Shown here piece by piece: positions 26,101 to 41,100 of a stretch of 64,000 nucleotides of DNA. Within the stretch, counting starts at the first letter, position 1. Each line of letters opens with the position of its first letter. The position numbers and the translations under genes were made by a program. The stretch covers positions 7,770,343 to 7,834,342 of the forward strand of contig CM082597.2 of NCBI GenBank assembly GCA_040954595.2, given 5' to 3'. The notes under the pieces were generated by a model. The model saw nothing but the letters and a program-made list of their open reading frames with translations, was not told the DNA's origin and did not search any database. This DNA is from Balanoglossus misakiensis. Taxonomy: Eukaryota; Animalia; Hemichordata.

Positions 26101-29100
26101 CCTTGGTAACAATGTTATCAATTACATTGGCCTGAACGCCCTGAGTCAACTGAGGAATTTGAAGATACTGTAAGTGTAACCTGCAGTGATCATACTAAAG
26201 GGACAAAGTCTCTCCTTGAAGGCCTTTTTCCATTAATTATGTTTGACACAAGACACCGTTTATGTTAATGTACATGTGTATATGTAGTGAATGAACGTTC
26301 AACCTCACAGAACTTCCATCCCGCTTGTATGATATGAGAGTAAAAACTCGCCCAAAATGAATAAATGGTAGAGACCGATTATTCATTTTGGCAATTTTTT
26401 CACTCTCCTGTCTACAAACTGGATGGAAGGTGTGTGTGGTTGAACATTAATTCATTATATATCCACATGGCCATTAACATAAACGGTGTCTTTTATCAAA
26501 CATAAGGGCAGCGAGAGAGAGACTTGTCCCTTTAACTATAATACACTTACTGGTAACATTGTTTGTGCATGGTTACATAATTGCAGACGTTCACTCTGTG
26601 TAACTGATTTGAAGTTATTTTGATTGAAGGTTCTTTTCCATGCCAACATGAAGTTTTGTTTCATCAGAATTTTGACATGAAAATATCTGTTTGCTTGATC
26701 ATATTTAATGAAGGTCACACCATGAATTGACGTGCACAACATCGTTGCCAAATTGATCGTTTCATTTGTATAGTTTAATTTTCTGAAATGTTCTAGACTA
26801 CACATGCGCATATACTAAGAAACATAATGCCAGGTTCACACCATTTAGTCACATATCCTTGCATTTTGTATATGACTTTTTATTTTCTGCTCATTCAGGG
26901 AATTACAAAATAATCAAATCGGTAGTCTGCCTTGGAAGACAGTTGACAACATGCCAGAGTTACTTCACATGTAAGTCAGTTTTTTTTTCGAGCCCGAAAA
27001 TCTTCTGACATGTATTATGGCCACGATTTTTTGAAAATCACGACGGATTTCGAATGATCAAAACACTGTAGTCATCTGAAAAAGTCCAGTTTGAGTTTGA
27101 AGTGCATGTTTGCTCTGGCGTGAAGTGCATGTTTGATTTGGCGTCTCCTCACTGCTTTTTGTCAGTATGGGTTCCGATCAATACTGGTATATCCTAGATG
27201 TCTTGACGCCAATAGTCTAGTAGATAGCCGTATTTTGTCCGCTTTGCTTCCAAAACTAACGCCTAGCCTCACTCATGCCACTGGCCCCCCAAAACCCACA
27301 CCCCTTGCTGGGAATTGTGATGTAACTAGCGTCACTTTGAAGTCAATCACAGACTTTGTTTTTCCAGTGATTGGACAAAGTATGTGTAATTAAGGATGGG
27401 TAACTTTTTAAATTCAAATTAGCCCTGCCTTCACTTACACCCAATCACCATTGTTCAGTTTATGTGAGTGACTTCAAGGGGACGCTAGTAACATCACAAT
27501 TCTCAACAAGGGGTATCAGGCTTTATTTGGGCAGTGGCATGAGTGAGGCTAGACGTTAGTTTTGGAAGCAAAGCGGACAAAATACGGTTAGATACTAGAC
27601 TATGACGCCAACGATACGCACAGGTATTGTTACACAAACCATGTTTCGTAATGACCCTTCCTTGCTTATGTCATGTCAACTTTTCAAAAGCTCTGCTGTG
27701 TGCTCAGTGAATTATCGTCTGGTTGTGAGATAATATTACATTATAATATTACCGATTTATTTTTGTAAACCTAAACTGAAATCTAAGCATTCAAAATTGA
27801 CAACCGTAAAATGTTCGTGAAGATTGGTAGCAAAGCAATCGCATTTGTTTTAGCAAGAAATGACTGTAAATCAAAGTTTTTATTCAGTGCGTAACTGCGT
27901 GTATATGTACTCTGGCCAGTAACACATCAAGTCACGTCCCAGACAAGACCTCAACTTTGCGTGACAAAGTGGGTTTTGGAATGTCATTTTACGTTGTCAT
28001 TGCCTGTGCGCAACGATGTCTGTTTGATGCTAATTTACCTCCTTACCAACCCTTAAGCATTGGAAAGTCAAGCATGTCTGTGGCAGGGTTATGTGAGGTC
28101 AAGTCATTGCTTGGTGCAATTGACTGATCTATGTACAGGTATAGAAACTGGAGAAAACTTGAGTACCTATGACGCAGGTTAGTAGATTGCGAAAACAAAC
28201 ACGCCAGCTCTCTTCTCCAGTATTTGTTTTGCACAAGTAATTATGCATGATACTAAATTTATCGTACGGTCTCCGCCTAATCCATTCTTGTTTCACCATA
28301 CTTCACAAAGTTAGCAACATGATGGTATATGAAAACCAAAATATGAAAACTAGTCTTGTTGAGCTATTAATTTTTATCCCCAGTTGTTCGTTGGGTTGGG
28401 TCACATGAAAAAAGGTCATTGTAAAAAGTGAAATACATTGTTTTCCTTGTGTGAATGCACATTAGAAAAATATAGTCATCAGTGCATACACATGCAGCTT
28501 AGAATTTTTGGCTTTCGCTGTGCTTTACTTAAGGGTATACGGTTAACCTCCAATTTACATATGCTAAGTATGTAAAATGGTTAAAAGGGGTGTCTGAGTG
28601 TTCAAATGACCATGTGGTGGCGCACTTTTTCGTATGTGCCGCAAACTGAAAATCTCTGATTGACTGTACATGTATTGAATTTTAATTTGTTGGTTAAATT
28701 TTGCATTGGTGAAAATATACAAGAAGGTGTGACACCCTTATTAACCCATAAATTCAATGTATGAAAATGCAAAATATTGGACATATTCAATAATCTAAGA
28801 CATCATTTTTTTCGGCAAATGTCGTGTTGTTTGTGTGGGGGGTATGTTTCTCTGGAACACAACTTATGAAGCACATCTGGTTGATTTACAGAGATCTAAA
28901 TCATAACCATCTGCAGACCCTAACAAGTAAAAGTTTCACCAACCTACCAAAACTGCAGACATTGTAAGTAACTATTTTAGGAGTGGTTAGTTCTTGTGGT
29001 GTTGGAGATTTTCACCCATATCGAAAAGTGGCTTTAAGCAATTAGATTAACCCTTCTCCACTGAACTGTGATATTACCGCCACACTTTTAAATTTAATGG

Positions 29101-32100
29101 TTGGATCCAAATGCGTGTTCGTGGGGGTGACATTATATTTCTCAGATGACAAAAAAAGCTAAATTCGCATTGGAAACATTGAATAATTGACTGTAAATGT
29201 CCTATGCTGTAGTTTCTGTCCATGTATTACACTTCGTGCCATTGGGTAACATTTAGCACGCATTATTGCAAAATGTTTTGTTATCCAATCAGCTTGTTTC
29301 ATATAGAGCTTTCGATTCTGCGAGAGTGTGGGATTGATTTATCCCACACTCTCGATCCCACACTCCAAGCGGCCAGGAGTGTGAGAATGCAGAAATCAGT
29401 AGTATGTATTTAATAAACACAGCTTGTTTCTTGACAACTTTCAGAATCTTGCACTCTCAGAAGTACCCCTATCAGATGAAAACAATAAAGTTTGACGCAT
29501 TCCAAGGCATAGGCAATAACCTTGACACTTTGTAAGTTACAATCAGATATCATCCTGTTTTCAACAGGAACTCCAAAATCGGTATTTCTTTAAAGCTCCA
29601 TTAGCTTTTTACCTTTTGCTATGTTTTCAGTATTTTTGTTATGAGTTACTGGGTTACAAATAAACAACTATACCACCAATTACTTACATGGCTCAGCCTC
29701 TTTTATTATTAAAAGTCAATCTACCAAGTGCATGGAAAAATACAGTTTCAAATATTAAAAGTCAATCTACCAAGTGCATGGAAAAATACAGTTTCAAAAA
29801 TATAATTAGCATGCATATAAAATGAACCACTCCAGTGAGCAGTACAAAAAGTCATGCAGCTGAGTGGTTAACTTGTAGCTATAAATCCACCTATTTTGTT
29901 TCAGGTATATCAACAACAATATGTTGCCGTACTTTCCCCATGCTGTCTTTGAGGAGGAGTCATATCCAAACCTCAAATATCTGTAAGTCTTAAGTCTTAA
30001 TTCTCTTCTAATTTACGTATGTCCATATTTGGTAAAAAGATGCATGGGTGGAGGACAGTGCCATCACCACTCAAATTAAAAGGCCATCAAAAAATAAATA
30101 AATAAATAAATAAAAGGCCATCAATCAAAGGGTGCCAGCAGGCACTATTGTGTACTCAATCCACGCCATTGTCTCATTTTCATACATTGATGAATGGGTA
30201 TGACTTGCAACAGACGTGAATATATGAATATTAAAGAGTAGCCGGCATTCCTGTAAACCTGGGCGTAATCACGCTGCCACCTTTGCCACCCACGTAAAAG
30301 TATGTGATTGACTAGAAGATTTCAATTTGCCATGGTAACCGAGTAACGTGGTTAATTAAAGTTGCATAGGAAATGTCTAGGTGGTAAATGTCTACGGGAA
30401 ACCGTCCTAATATTAATAATTTGGCATGAGGAAACTTGTACAGTAGTTTCTGTTCCCAAATTAAAACCTTCCTTACTCTTCGTGTTTCCAGACATGCTGA
30501 TCACAACTCCATCAGTAACATCACAGAGTTTTCTAAAGATCAGTTCACGCCGACTACGCTGATCTATTACAACATCAAGAAGGAACAGTACGACCCCTTC
30601 TCCACCATGCCCAACGTACTTGATATGTAAGTCATGCACATCAAAAAAATATTTATATGTGGCGCTCGCTCCATAAGAACGATATAGAGGGGGAAAAGGC
30701 TAAGAAAACCAAAATATATTTTCACAAAGTAGTGAATGGTCACATTTTGCGGGTTGAATATTAAAAGAAAAATATCTAGCAATGTTGTGAGGCATGTTAG
30801 TGTCGCCCACCAATTTCTGATATGATATTTACTCATTTACATAACTGCAGTTTATGTTATTTTAAAAAAATGAAAAGGTGTCGGCCAATATTCAATATTC
30901 GCCCGGGGATGTTTTAGTAGTATGTCCGAATTATTTGATTTTCTCCACTGTTAACCATGACACCTTAGTCATTTCTTATGTAATGTATATTCCATTCTTT
31001 TGACCTTTTCAATGTCACTGTCAACTTGTCATTTTTTCACAAAATTAAACCTATTTTTACCATATATTTTTTATAATTTTTATCAAGATGTGCCAACAAT
31101 GGAAAAATATTCCTACTTAGTTTAGAATTAATGGGGAAAATTAGGGAAAATGCATGAAAATGGTAAAAAAATGTTGCATCACATTTCAACAGTGCAAAAT
31201 ATGTCGTTCCAGAGGTTAAAACTACCGTATGTTCAATATGTGCATGTTGATTTTTGTGAGAGAAATTTCGGAAATGGTTACTTTATTTAGTTGTGACTTT
31301 CTAAAATAAAGTCTGTCCTGTTTTCATCATTTCAGATATTTTGGTGATAATGCGATTGATCACTTGACAGACACCTATCTGTGTAATTTCGTTGCTATAC
31401 AGAGATTGTACCTAGAAAACAATCGGCTCGATGAGACCACGCTCCACCCAGAAACATTCGCCTGCATTCCAACTTTAAAAACCTTGTAAGTTAACAAATG
31501 TGGCAAATATACCACCTTGCAACCTCAAGTGCTTTTCCAAAATCATCAAATAATAATTCATCTGGCGCAAAATTGTCGTTCTAAAATTTTTCTGTCTCGT
31601 CTAGAGTGATGAACAATAACCTGTTCCAGTATGTACCGGATGCAGTCAAAAGTGACAGCTACCTGCCATCCATTGTATCATTGTAAGTATATGATACATG
31701 TAGGTCATAAGTTCATTGGTCATTTTAATCCTTAATGACTGCTAGATTGTTTTTTTTTCAAGACATTGGTTGATGGGTACATATGAATAAATCCAGCTAA
31801 GAGTACAAAGTCACTCTCTTTTAAATAAAGATATTAATGGTTTAAACAAAAAACAACCAATTTGTGTGTGTATGTCTCTCAGTCCGGACCCATGACTGGA
31901 CAATGACAATACATGTATACTCTGTATATTTCTCATCAGGAGCTATTGGGATGGCATACTACCAGTCTAATACTCAAATAGAAACATTTTCAGGGGCCGA
32001 TATACCATCATGACATCCTTAAATGCTCATAGTTAATGTATTGATCAGTGGGGACTTGGTCATTGACAGTGACTTGTTGTTTGTGACACAGGTCATTGCA

Positions 32101-35100
32101 AAGCAACAAGCTGACATTCCTGCTTGCGGGCACCTTCACCAACCTGACCACTCTCACCAGCCTTACTCTGAGTAGCAATGACATCATCTCCATAGAAGAC
32201 GAGACCTTCCCTGAGAACATTCAAACAATGTAAGTTAATCCTTAATGATCAATATTAAAGGGATATTAGCTGTAACTTTTGGCTTTATTCACAGCATTTT
32301 TGTTCTATGTGCAAATATATCCACTGCTTAGCTTGTCAACATAGTCTGTTTTCTGTGTAACGATCAATGGTATTCTTGACACAGGTATTCTAGTCTGGGC
32401 TTGAATGTGAAGTTGCATACTAATGTTTACTATACACTGATGTTGTTCTGATATGCTCAATGCTGGGCGTTTCACCATAGTTCAAGAAATTGAACAAGAA
32501 TCGGCAGTAGATATGCAAAACAAAAAATACTGAAAAACATAGCGTATAGTTACAGCTAATGGAGCTTCAAAGGTTCGCTATCTTTCTATTTTTTTATTCT
32601 GTGGATCAACCAAAGATTCTTGTTCTGCTCCCTGAAGGCAGTGTTAAATGCACAATGTTCATATTTTCTTTACAACTCGCGTGTGCTCAATATACATTGT
32701 TAATGTTTGAAAATTGTTTTCAAATCTGGACTTGAATGCATTTGTTAACAATAACAATGGTTTAGTACACATACATATGACTTTCTGCCAAACACAAAAC
32801 TGGGCGTGTTACGGTACTGTAGGGAAGAGAACAAGAAAATGTAGTTGCTTCCCAAAACAAAAATGCTGAAAAAATAGCAAGAAGTTACAGGTGGTGACCC
32901 TTTAATAATAATATGTGGTGGTTCTGATTTATCTTATGCAAACAACTGGAATGATTGTTTAAAATGTAAGGAAATTAATGTTTACCTGTCTTCCTCATTT
33001 TGACATGATGTCCATGTGTCCTTGTTTCAGATCCTTGTCCAGTAACAACTTCCATTTTTTGCACGAGAACACGTTCAGAAATCTCACCAAACTTTCGTCT
33101 CTCTCGCTGTCCAACAACGTGATCACCCATATACCGGACTCCGCATTCGACAACTGTAAAAGTCTAAATAGCCTGTGAGTATTGACTCTGCCAAAGATAT
33201 GCATATTATAGGATGTTATAGCAATTATATTATAGCAATTTCAGCCCTGCAAAAAACTATAGTAAGTTGACACTTGAAAACTATCTGAGAAAATAACTAG
33301 TTTCCTTTGTGTGTTCATAATTCCCTATCGCTCCTGCCCAAATTACTGATCCTGCTAATATTGATGTTTCAATCTGATAGCAACCTAGCCAGTAACCAGA
33401 TCGGCCGCATCTTGGTAACCACGCTCGAAGACTGCCCACTGAAGTCTCACCTGTATTTGGGACGTAACGAGATCGCATACATTGAAGATGGTGCCCTGGC
33501 ACACCTCACATCATTGACCACTTTGGACTTGTCATATAACGATCTGACACAATTACCCAATGGTGGGGATTTCGTGAACTTGGTTGTCCGCTATTTGTAA
33601 GTATGCGAAGTTTGAAGTCTTGTAAGTTTCTGACTGTACTAGTATGGTAATTAACTGCCTGTGTTTAGACATTGGGCCTGTTTCAGAATCTTGATTACAT
33701 AAACTTGGGCAGAATATTCTTGCCTTTTGAACAGGTGTAAAATGGTGCCCATTTAGGAGTTTTACTATATGTTACTCATGAGAGACATCCACATTGTACA
33801 GTGTGTTACAGGCCAAGTTTTCATGATGAGGTTATTTAATAGTAATAGTAATAATAATAATAGTCTATTCTCATAATGAAACAAACAAATAGAAAGAATA
33901 AAAAAGACATAGGACTGAAGAATAGTTGCCATAGGCACTAAACAAGTTCAGTCCCAACTCAGGAGAAAATGTTTTACAGTCTGTAAAAATGGCGACTATT
34001 TCGACAGAATTTTCAGGAAGTTACAGTACCAGGCACAAGGATAAGGAAAGAAAATACATGAAGACACAACAAAATTACATCTCAAATAAATAATTTTTAA
34101 GCTCCCGTTTGAATCAAAATCTGGAAGTGATGTGTTTAAAATCCTCTGGTATACTGTTCCATACCTCAGTATTTCAATAGCTGCTAAAGAAATACAGTGT
34201 AATGCATCAGTTTCACACTGAATAACGTGACTAATAGTCAACACTCAAATAATTTATAGTGAGCACCAACTGGATTTTGTGCTTCGTGAAAAAATACCAA
34301 TCAGCTTCTTAATCTGGGTTAAGAATCAATATTTAATCTTGGGGGAAACTGAGGATGAAATTGCATTTTTGCAGTCAATAGACTAACTAATGACCTCATC
34401 AATACAGTTGTGTGTTATTATTCATCATATGTGAATTACTGAAATTCTTAAAAACAAATGCCATGAAATTGTGTGATGAGATGTACCTGTGTATTTTGTT
34501 CTGTTACAGATATCTGGGCTACAACAGAATCACCTCCATCTCTGCAGGCACCTTTCAAAATGTGCAAGGAATGATAACATTGTAAGTGATTTTACTGCCA
34601 TGAAACATCACAATATTTGTAGTTTGTAAAAAAGTAAGATATGTATATTTTTGTTTTGTTCATTCTCATAGTTGATGCAGGTTGTTAATAAAGTGATTTG
34701 AATATACAACAACTAATTATCATCTTGTTGGTTTCATTGTTGCTAGAGAAGAAAGTGTCAACAATTTTGTTTGCAATCTGTGATAAAAAATACATGTTAT
34801 ATTTTGTACTTTTGAGTTGATAAGTTCATAGTCACGTTAAATCCAAATGGCTGCCAAACTCTGGTAATAATTCTATGTGAAAAAATTATGTTAATGCAGT
34901 TTCTTCAAAGTTTGTTGCCATGCCATTATAAATGTTTTTGAAGTTAATATGTTTTTGTTTTTCAGTGATTTACGGGGAAACTCCATTTCTTATATTGATT
35001 CCTATGCATTTGATACCATAAGTGCCACTACTTTGTAAGTCATAAAATGTTTTTAGTAAATTACCTTCCCTGTTCCACAAAATCTCAGTCCATCTAAAAA

Positions 35101-38100
35101 TGTCACGATAGATTTTTTTTACTGAGTATACATGATGTATAAGATTGGCATGCAGGTATACATACGATACATACATTTATTTCGGGGGCCGTTAAATACC
35201 TCAAATTTCACAATATTTGTAGTTTGTAAACAAATGTTACAGATTTATTTGTTCTGTTCATTCGAAAAGTTGATGCAGGTTGATAAAGTTGTTTGCAAAT
35301 ACAAGTCCTTAATATCATCTTCTCTTGTTCATTGTTGCTATAGAAAAGTGTCAACTATTATGTTTGCAGTGAGTGATAAAAAACATAAATCACCATATTT
35401 TGTATTGTTGAGTTAATAAGTTCATAGCCACGTTAAATCCAAAGGGCTGCCAAACTCTGGAAATAATTCTGTGGCGTTAAAATAATTTATATTTGCAATT
35501 TCTTCAAAAGTTTGTTGCCTTGCCCATTATAAATGTTTTTGAAGTTAATATATTTTTGTTTTTGTTTTTCAGCGATTTTACGGGAAACTCCATTTCTTAT
35601 ATTGATTCCTATGGATTTAATTCCATAACTGCCACCTATTTGTAAGTCATAAAATGTTTTAGTAAATTATCTTGCCTCTTCAACAAATGCTCAGTTCATC
35701 TTAAAAAGTCTTGATAGCTTGTTATACCAAATGTTTCACTGAGTACACGATCTATAAGACAGACATGGCATACATATGATGCATTCATTCGTAAGTAAAT
35801 TCATTTTGGGGGCTGTTAAATACCTCAAATGTCACAATATTTGTAATTTGTAAACAATTGTTATTTATTTGTTCTGTTCATTCGCATAGTTGATGCAGGT
35901 TGATAAAGTTGTTTACAAATACAAGTACTCATTATCATCTTGTCAACTATTATGTTTGCAGTGAGTGATAAAAAACACAAATCACCATATTTCTGTACTT
36001 TTGAGTTCATTAACTTTATAGTCACGTTTAATCCAAATGGCTGCCAAACTGTGGTAACAATTCTGTGGGGAAAAATAGTGTTTGTTGCCATACCCATTAT
36101 ACATGTTTTTGAAGTTAATACGTGTTTTTTTTTTCGTTTTTCAGTTATCTACAAGGAAACTCCATTTCTTATATTGATTCCTATGGATTTAATTCCATAA
36201 CTGCCACCTATTTGTAAGTCATAAAATATTTTTAGTAAATTATCTTGCCTCTTCCACAAATTCTCAGTTCATCTCAAAAAGTCTCGATAGCTTAATTGTT
36301 ATACCAAATGTTTCACTGATTACATTATGTATATGACAGGCATGTCATACATATGATGCATACATTCATAAGTAAATTCATTTTGGGAGCTGTTAAATAC
36401 CTCAAATGTCACAATATTTGTAATTTGTAAAAAATTGTTATTTATTTGTTCTGTTCATTCGCATAGTTGATGCAGGTTGATAAAAGTTGTTTGCAAATAC
36501 AAGTTCTCATTATCATCTTGTCAACTATTATGTTTGAAGTTAGTGATAAACACCGTACATGTATTTCTGTATTTTTGAGTTCATTAACTTTTTAGTCATG
36601 TTTAATCCAAATGGCTGCCAAACTGTGGTAACAATTCTGTGGGGAAAAATAATTTATGTTGCATATTGTAAGTTTGTTGCCATACCCATTATACATGTTT
36701 TTAAAGTTAATATGTTTTTTGTTTTTTTTCAGTTATTTACAAGGATACATGTTTTTAAAGTTAATATGTTTTTTGTTTTTTTTTTCAGTTATTTACAAGG
36801 AAACTCCATTTCTTATATTCCTACCTATGCATTTAATTCCATAAGTGCCACCTATTTGTAAGTCATAAAATGTTTTTAGTAAATATCTTGCCTCTTCCAC
36901 ACATTCTCAGTTCATCTCAAAAAGTCTCGATAGCTTAATTGTTATACCAAATGTTTCACTGATTTTATGATGTATATGACAGGCATGTCATACATATGAT
37001 GCATACATTCATAAGTAAATTCATTTTGGGGGCCGTTAAATACCTCAAATGTCACAATATTTGTAGTTTGTAAGACATTTTTAGATTGTTTTGTTCTGTT
37101 CATTGTCATACTCATAGTTGATGCAGTTGTAAAATTGTTTAGAAATACAAGTACTTCTTTTCATCTTTCTTCTGGTTCATAGCTGCTAGAGAAGAATGTG
37201 TAATACATTTTCTTGGCAGTGAGTGATAAAAAATCACAAGACACCATATTTTTGTGTTTTTGAGTTAACTACAAGTTAATATGTTTCAGCGATTTAACGG
37301 GAAACTCCATTTCTTATATTGATTCCTATGGATTTAATTCCATAAGTGCCACCTATTTGTAAGTCATAAAATGTTTTTAGTAAATTATCTTGCCTCTTTT
37401 ACAAATGCTCAGTTCATCTCAAAAAGTCTCGATAGCTTAATTGTTATACCAAATGTTTCATTGATTACATGATGTATATGACAGGCATGGCATACATACG
37501 ATACAAACATTCATAAATACATAAGATCTACATGAGCACATATATACTTATATACAGACAGATGGACATAAAGACACCTACAAAGTCTAATGCCACAAAA
37601 ACATCGCAGTTTTGAATCTTTGAAGATACACTTGTAACAATGGAACAAAGCTTCAAAGATACACAACCCAATTTGAGAAACCATGTTGCATTGACACTCT
37701 GTTATACCTGATGTGCCGTGGTGTGAGTGTTGTTTACAATAATCCTCATAACAAGAAATGTTTATGTGACATTATTGTCATAACCAGTGCAGTTTATAGT
37801 GCGTAAAGGTGAAGTTTGGATTGAGGACAGTGAGAATGGAAATTGCAAGTCGTATGAAAAAAGGCATAACACGGTACCAATGGGGTTTAAGAATGTCACA
37901 AATTGACATTGTGTACTTTGCCCCCAAATATCAGAAACTCACCTACACAGCCCATTTTACCTCTTCCAGTTACATAACAGGTAACCCGTTAAAGACAATC
38001 TCATCATATTCATTCAATTCCGTCAGTGGCCATTATCTGTGAGTATATACTTATTATACAACTTATGATATTCGTTGTTTTTTTTGTTTGACCAACTGTA

Positions 38101-41100
38101 TGTATGTGTTAAAACATTGTTGTTTTCATGTACGCAATAGTTTGTATTGTAAAACATGTGTAAAATACACTTGTGCCAACTGTAATACATGTACATGTAT
38201 TGGTTTAGTTCTTTTGCACATTAGTCTCCAGCATGCACACACATTTGTTTGGACACTCATACAAACAACCACACTCACACGTGACACATTCACTTACACA
38301 CACGCATACAATTACTTTTCCATATTTTGTACATATCATGCTCAAATAAATTATTTGTTTAAAACAAACAGGAAACACTTCAGTTTGTTTAGGAAACTGT
38401 GATTCGTTGAACAATTCAATAATGAACCATCCATATTTGCCATTCTTTTTCAGCCACATGAATAACATGAAATTGACTGAGCTACCCTCGCATGCCTTCC
38501 ACGACATATCACTGACATATTATCTGTAAGTTTGTGATCAGATTCATGCATATTTTTATGACAGACCATTCATGTACATTATTTGGCAGACTCTTTCATT
38601 GGAATGGACCTTATCTCAAACAAAATCATGCATGTGTAGGCAAATATAGAAATATGACAGCTACATATAAATGACATTATTCAGTCCAGCCATATCATAT
38701 GCAACGTGTACAGTGGAGCATAGAAAAAAAGTAAACAGAAGGCAATTTGGTGGAACACTGGGTGTGAGAACAATGGATTTTGGAGGGAGCTATTGTGTTT
38801 CTGATTCAAAAACAAATTGGCTGTTTTTGCTGTAACCTATAAGGCTCCTGTTCAGCTGCAATTTTCAACAGAATGCTGCATAAGTCAGTATGTGACGTGT
38901 TTTGACAGCAGGCCTGTAATATATGGTGCTTTATTTTTTGCAAAGTGTGTTTACTAAGAACATTGCGTACATATGTGTCCTTCTCAACGAAAATAGCCAA
39001 ATGTTTCACGTTATTGCTTTCTTGACTGAAGAACAGTGCATGCGTAATCTTGACAACAAAGTTCCAAAAATTGCTTTTACACGTTCCTGCACTAGCTTGT
39101 CATCAAACATTGTGTCACATTATATTTATTGATATTGTCATTGACAGATATTTACAAGGAAACCAGATTAAGACTATCCAAAGTGAAGCCATAACCGGTT
39201 CTGTGCGCAGTGGAGTGTGAGTAGACCAATTGGATAGTGATGTACGGTAGTATAGTTGCTGCCACTGGCATTCTGAAAAGCCCTGCAACTGTTTATTCTG
39301 TGGACCGAGCAAGTACATGTGTATACACACTACAAATTAAGATAAAACAAACCAAAGTTATACTGGTTGGATTTGTCAATTGTGTATTATAGTATGTCCC
39401 CAATGAGCATGATATTTACGAAGTGCATCAATCATGTGACTGAAAATCAGCCAATAAAAGATCTCAATTTTGTGACCTTCGATAATTTAATGCTGGTAAG
39501 AGTATTAGTACTAACAGAGGCATATTGTATGTACTTTACAGGCAACTGGACCATAATGAGATCGAGAGAGTTAACGGGAAGATGTTCGGTGACGGTTCAT
39601 ATGTTCATACGCTCGACTTGGAATACAACAAACTAAAAGTGTTGCCAGCGGCTGCATTCTCTGGTGTTACTTTGACTGGAATGTAAGTCAACCTCTCTAG
39701 TGCTTTTGCAAAGTCATCGACTGACCATTTCTGGCCAATCAGCGGTAGAGATTATCACCACATGACCGCTTCTGACCAATTGTGATATATATGTTTGTAA
39801 TGTGATAGTAGTATGGCAAGAATTTATCATAGCACTGAAATTAAGGTACATGTAATAGGAGACGTAGGGTATGAACTAATACTTTTTTTCCAGTGATTTG
39901 CGAAATAACTTGTTCCCAGTCTACCCCGGTGCAGCTCTGGCAACTCAAAACTTGCAGTCTCTGACGTTATCAGGTAATCAGATAGGAAAGATTCCACATG
40001 GTGCCTTCACTACCCAGACAAACCTGCATTATTTGTAAGTATTTCTAATCATCATGAGTGGCTATGTGGACCCGTTTGGCCCTTTAATTTCAACAAGATG
40101 CGGAATTTAACCCTAGCTCTCACACACGTTTCCCTATGTAGGAGTCCAACCTTACTTCTATATAATCCCATATTTTTCTTTGTTTGACATCATCGTATAC
40201 GAGTGGTTTTCGCAGAGTCGTGCAACTTGAAACATTGGTTTATAGGCAGCAACCATATGGTTATGAGACAAATGCTACACAACGATATTCCTAATGATAT
40301 AAAAATTGCATAAATCAAGATTTGTTTAGCATAATAGTGATTGTGTGCAAACAGATTTCGTCGTCATGATGTACTGCGAGGATGAACTATCTTTGTGTCA
40401 TCAGAAATCCCACAGATGTAAAACCTAAACACGCATTATACCGTACTATATCATGACTGCCTGTATCATATCTGCAACCAGAACATTTTAGCAACTCTCA
40501 CCAGTCTTTTTTTTACCAGGTATCTAGACAACAATCAGCTGCGAAAGCTTCCGGCAGGCATCTTTGATGGTCTAAGATACTTATGGACATTGTAAGTTTT
40601 AACAGTTTATAGAGTTCGTGGTGCTCTAAGGTATAAAAGTCTTTTGCCATGCATATGGCTTATTTGATCTGATCGAGCATTACATATCAAGGGGGGGGGG
40701 GGTGAGGGGCCAGGGTGAGGGTGGTTACTGCCGCCCAAGTTGAAAATATCGATTGTTGTAAATGCCAGAAACTCGATCCATTATTAGGAATTTCCGATCA
40801 AAATGTTCGGTCATTAACCGTTTTTCTGTTGCAAAGGACGGTTTTTCTTAGAGAATTGGGACATTTACGATGTTCCTGACCCATTTTCAGGGATCTTTCA
40901 ACTGAAAACTACACCCATGTTTAGAGATTTTTCCGCGAGAAAATTCCCTATCCGGATGGCACATACCCGTATATCTTCCTATGGGAGCATCCCCCCCCCC
41001 TGGTACAGATCATGATAATAATAAAAAAATAAACAAATGTCAAGTGTTCTTATTGGCATTGAGCTCTTACCTTTATACGAATAAATGAAAATGAAACAAT

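Noticed and set aside
40690-41000. G-run...C-run bounded CACTA/EnSpm-like element
   Set aside because: Termini and TSD could not be defined.
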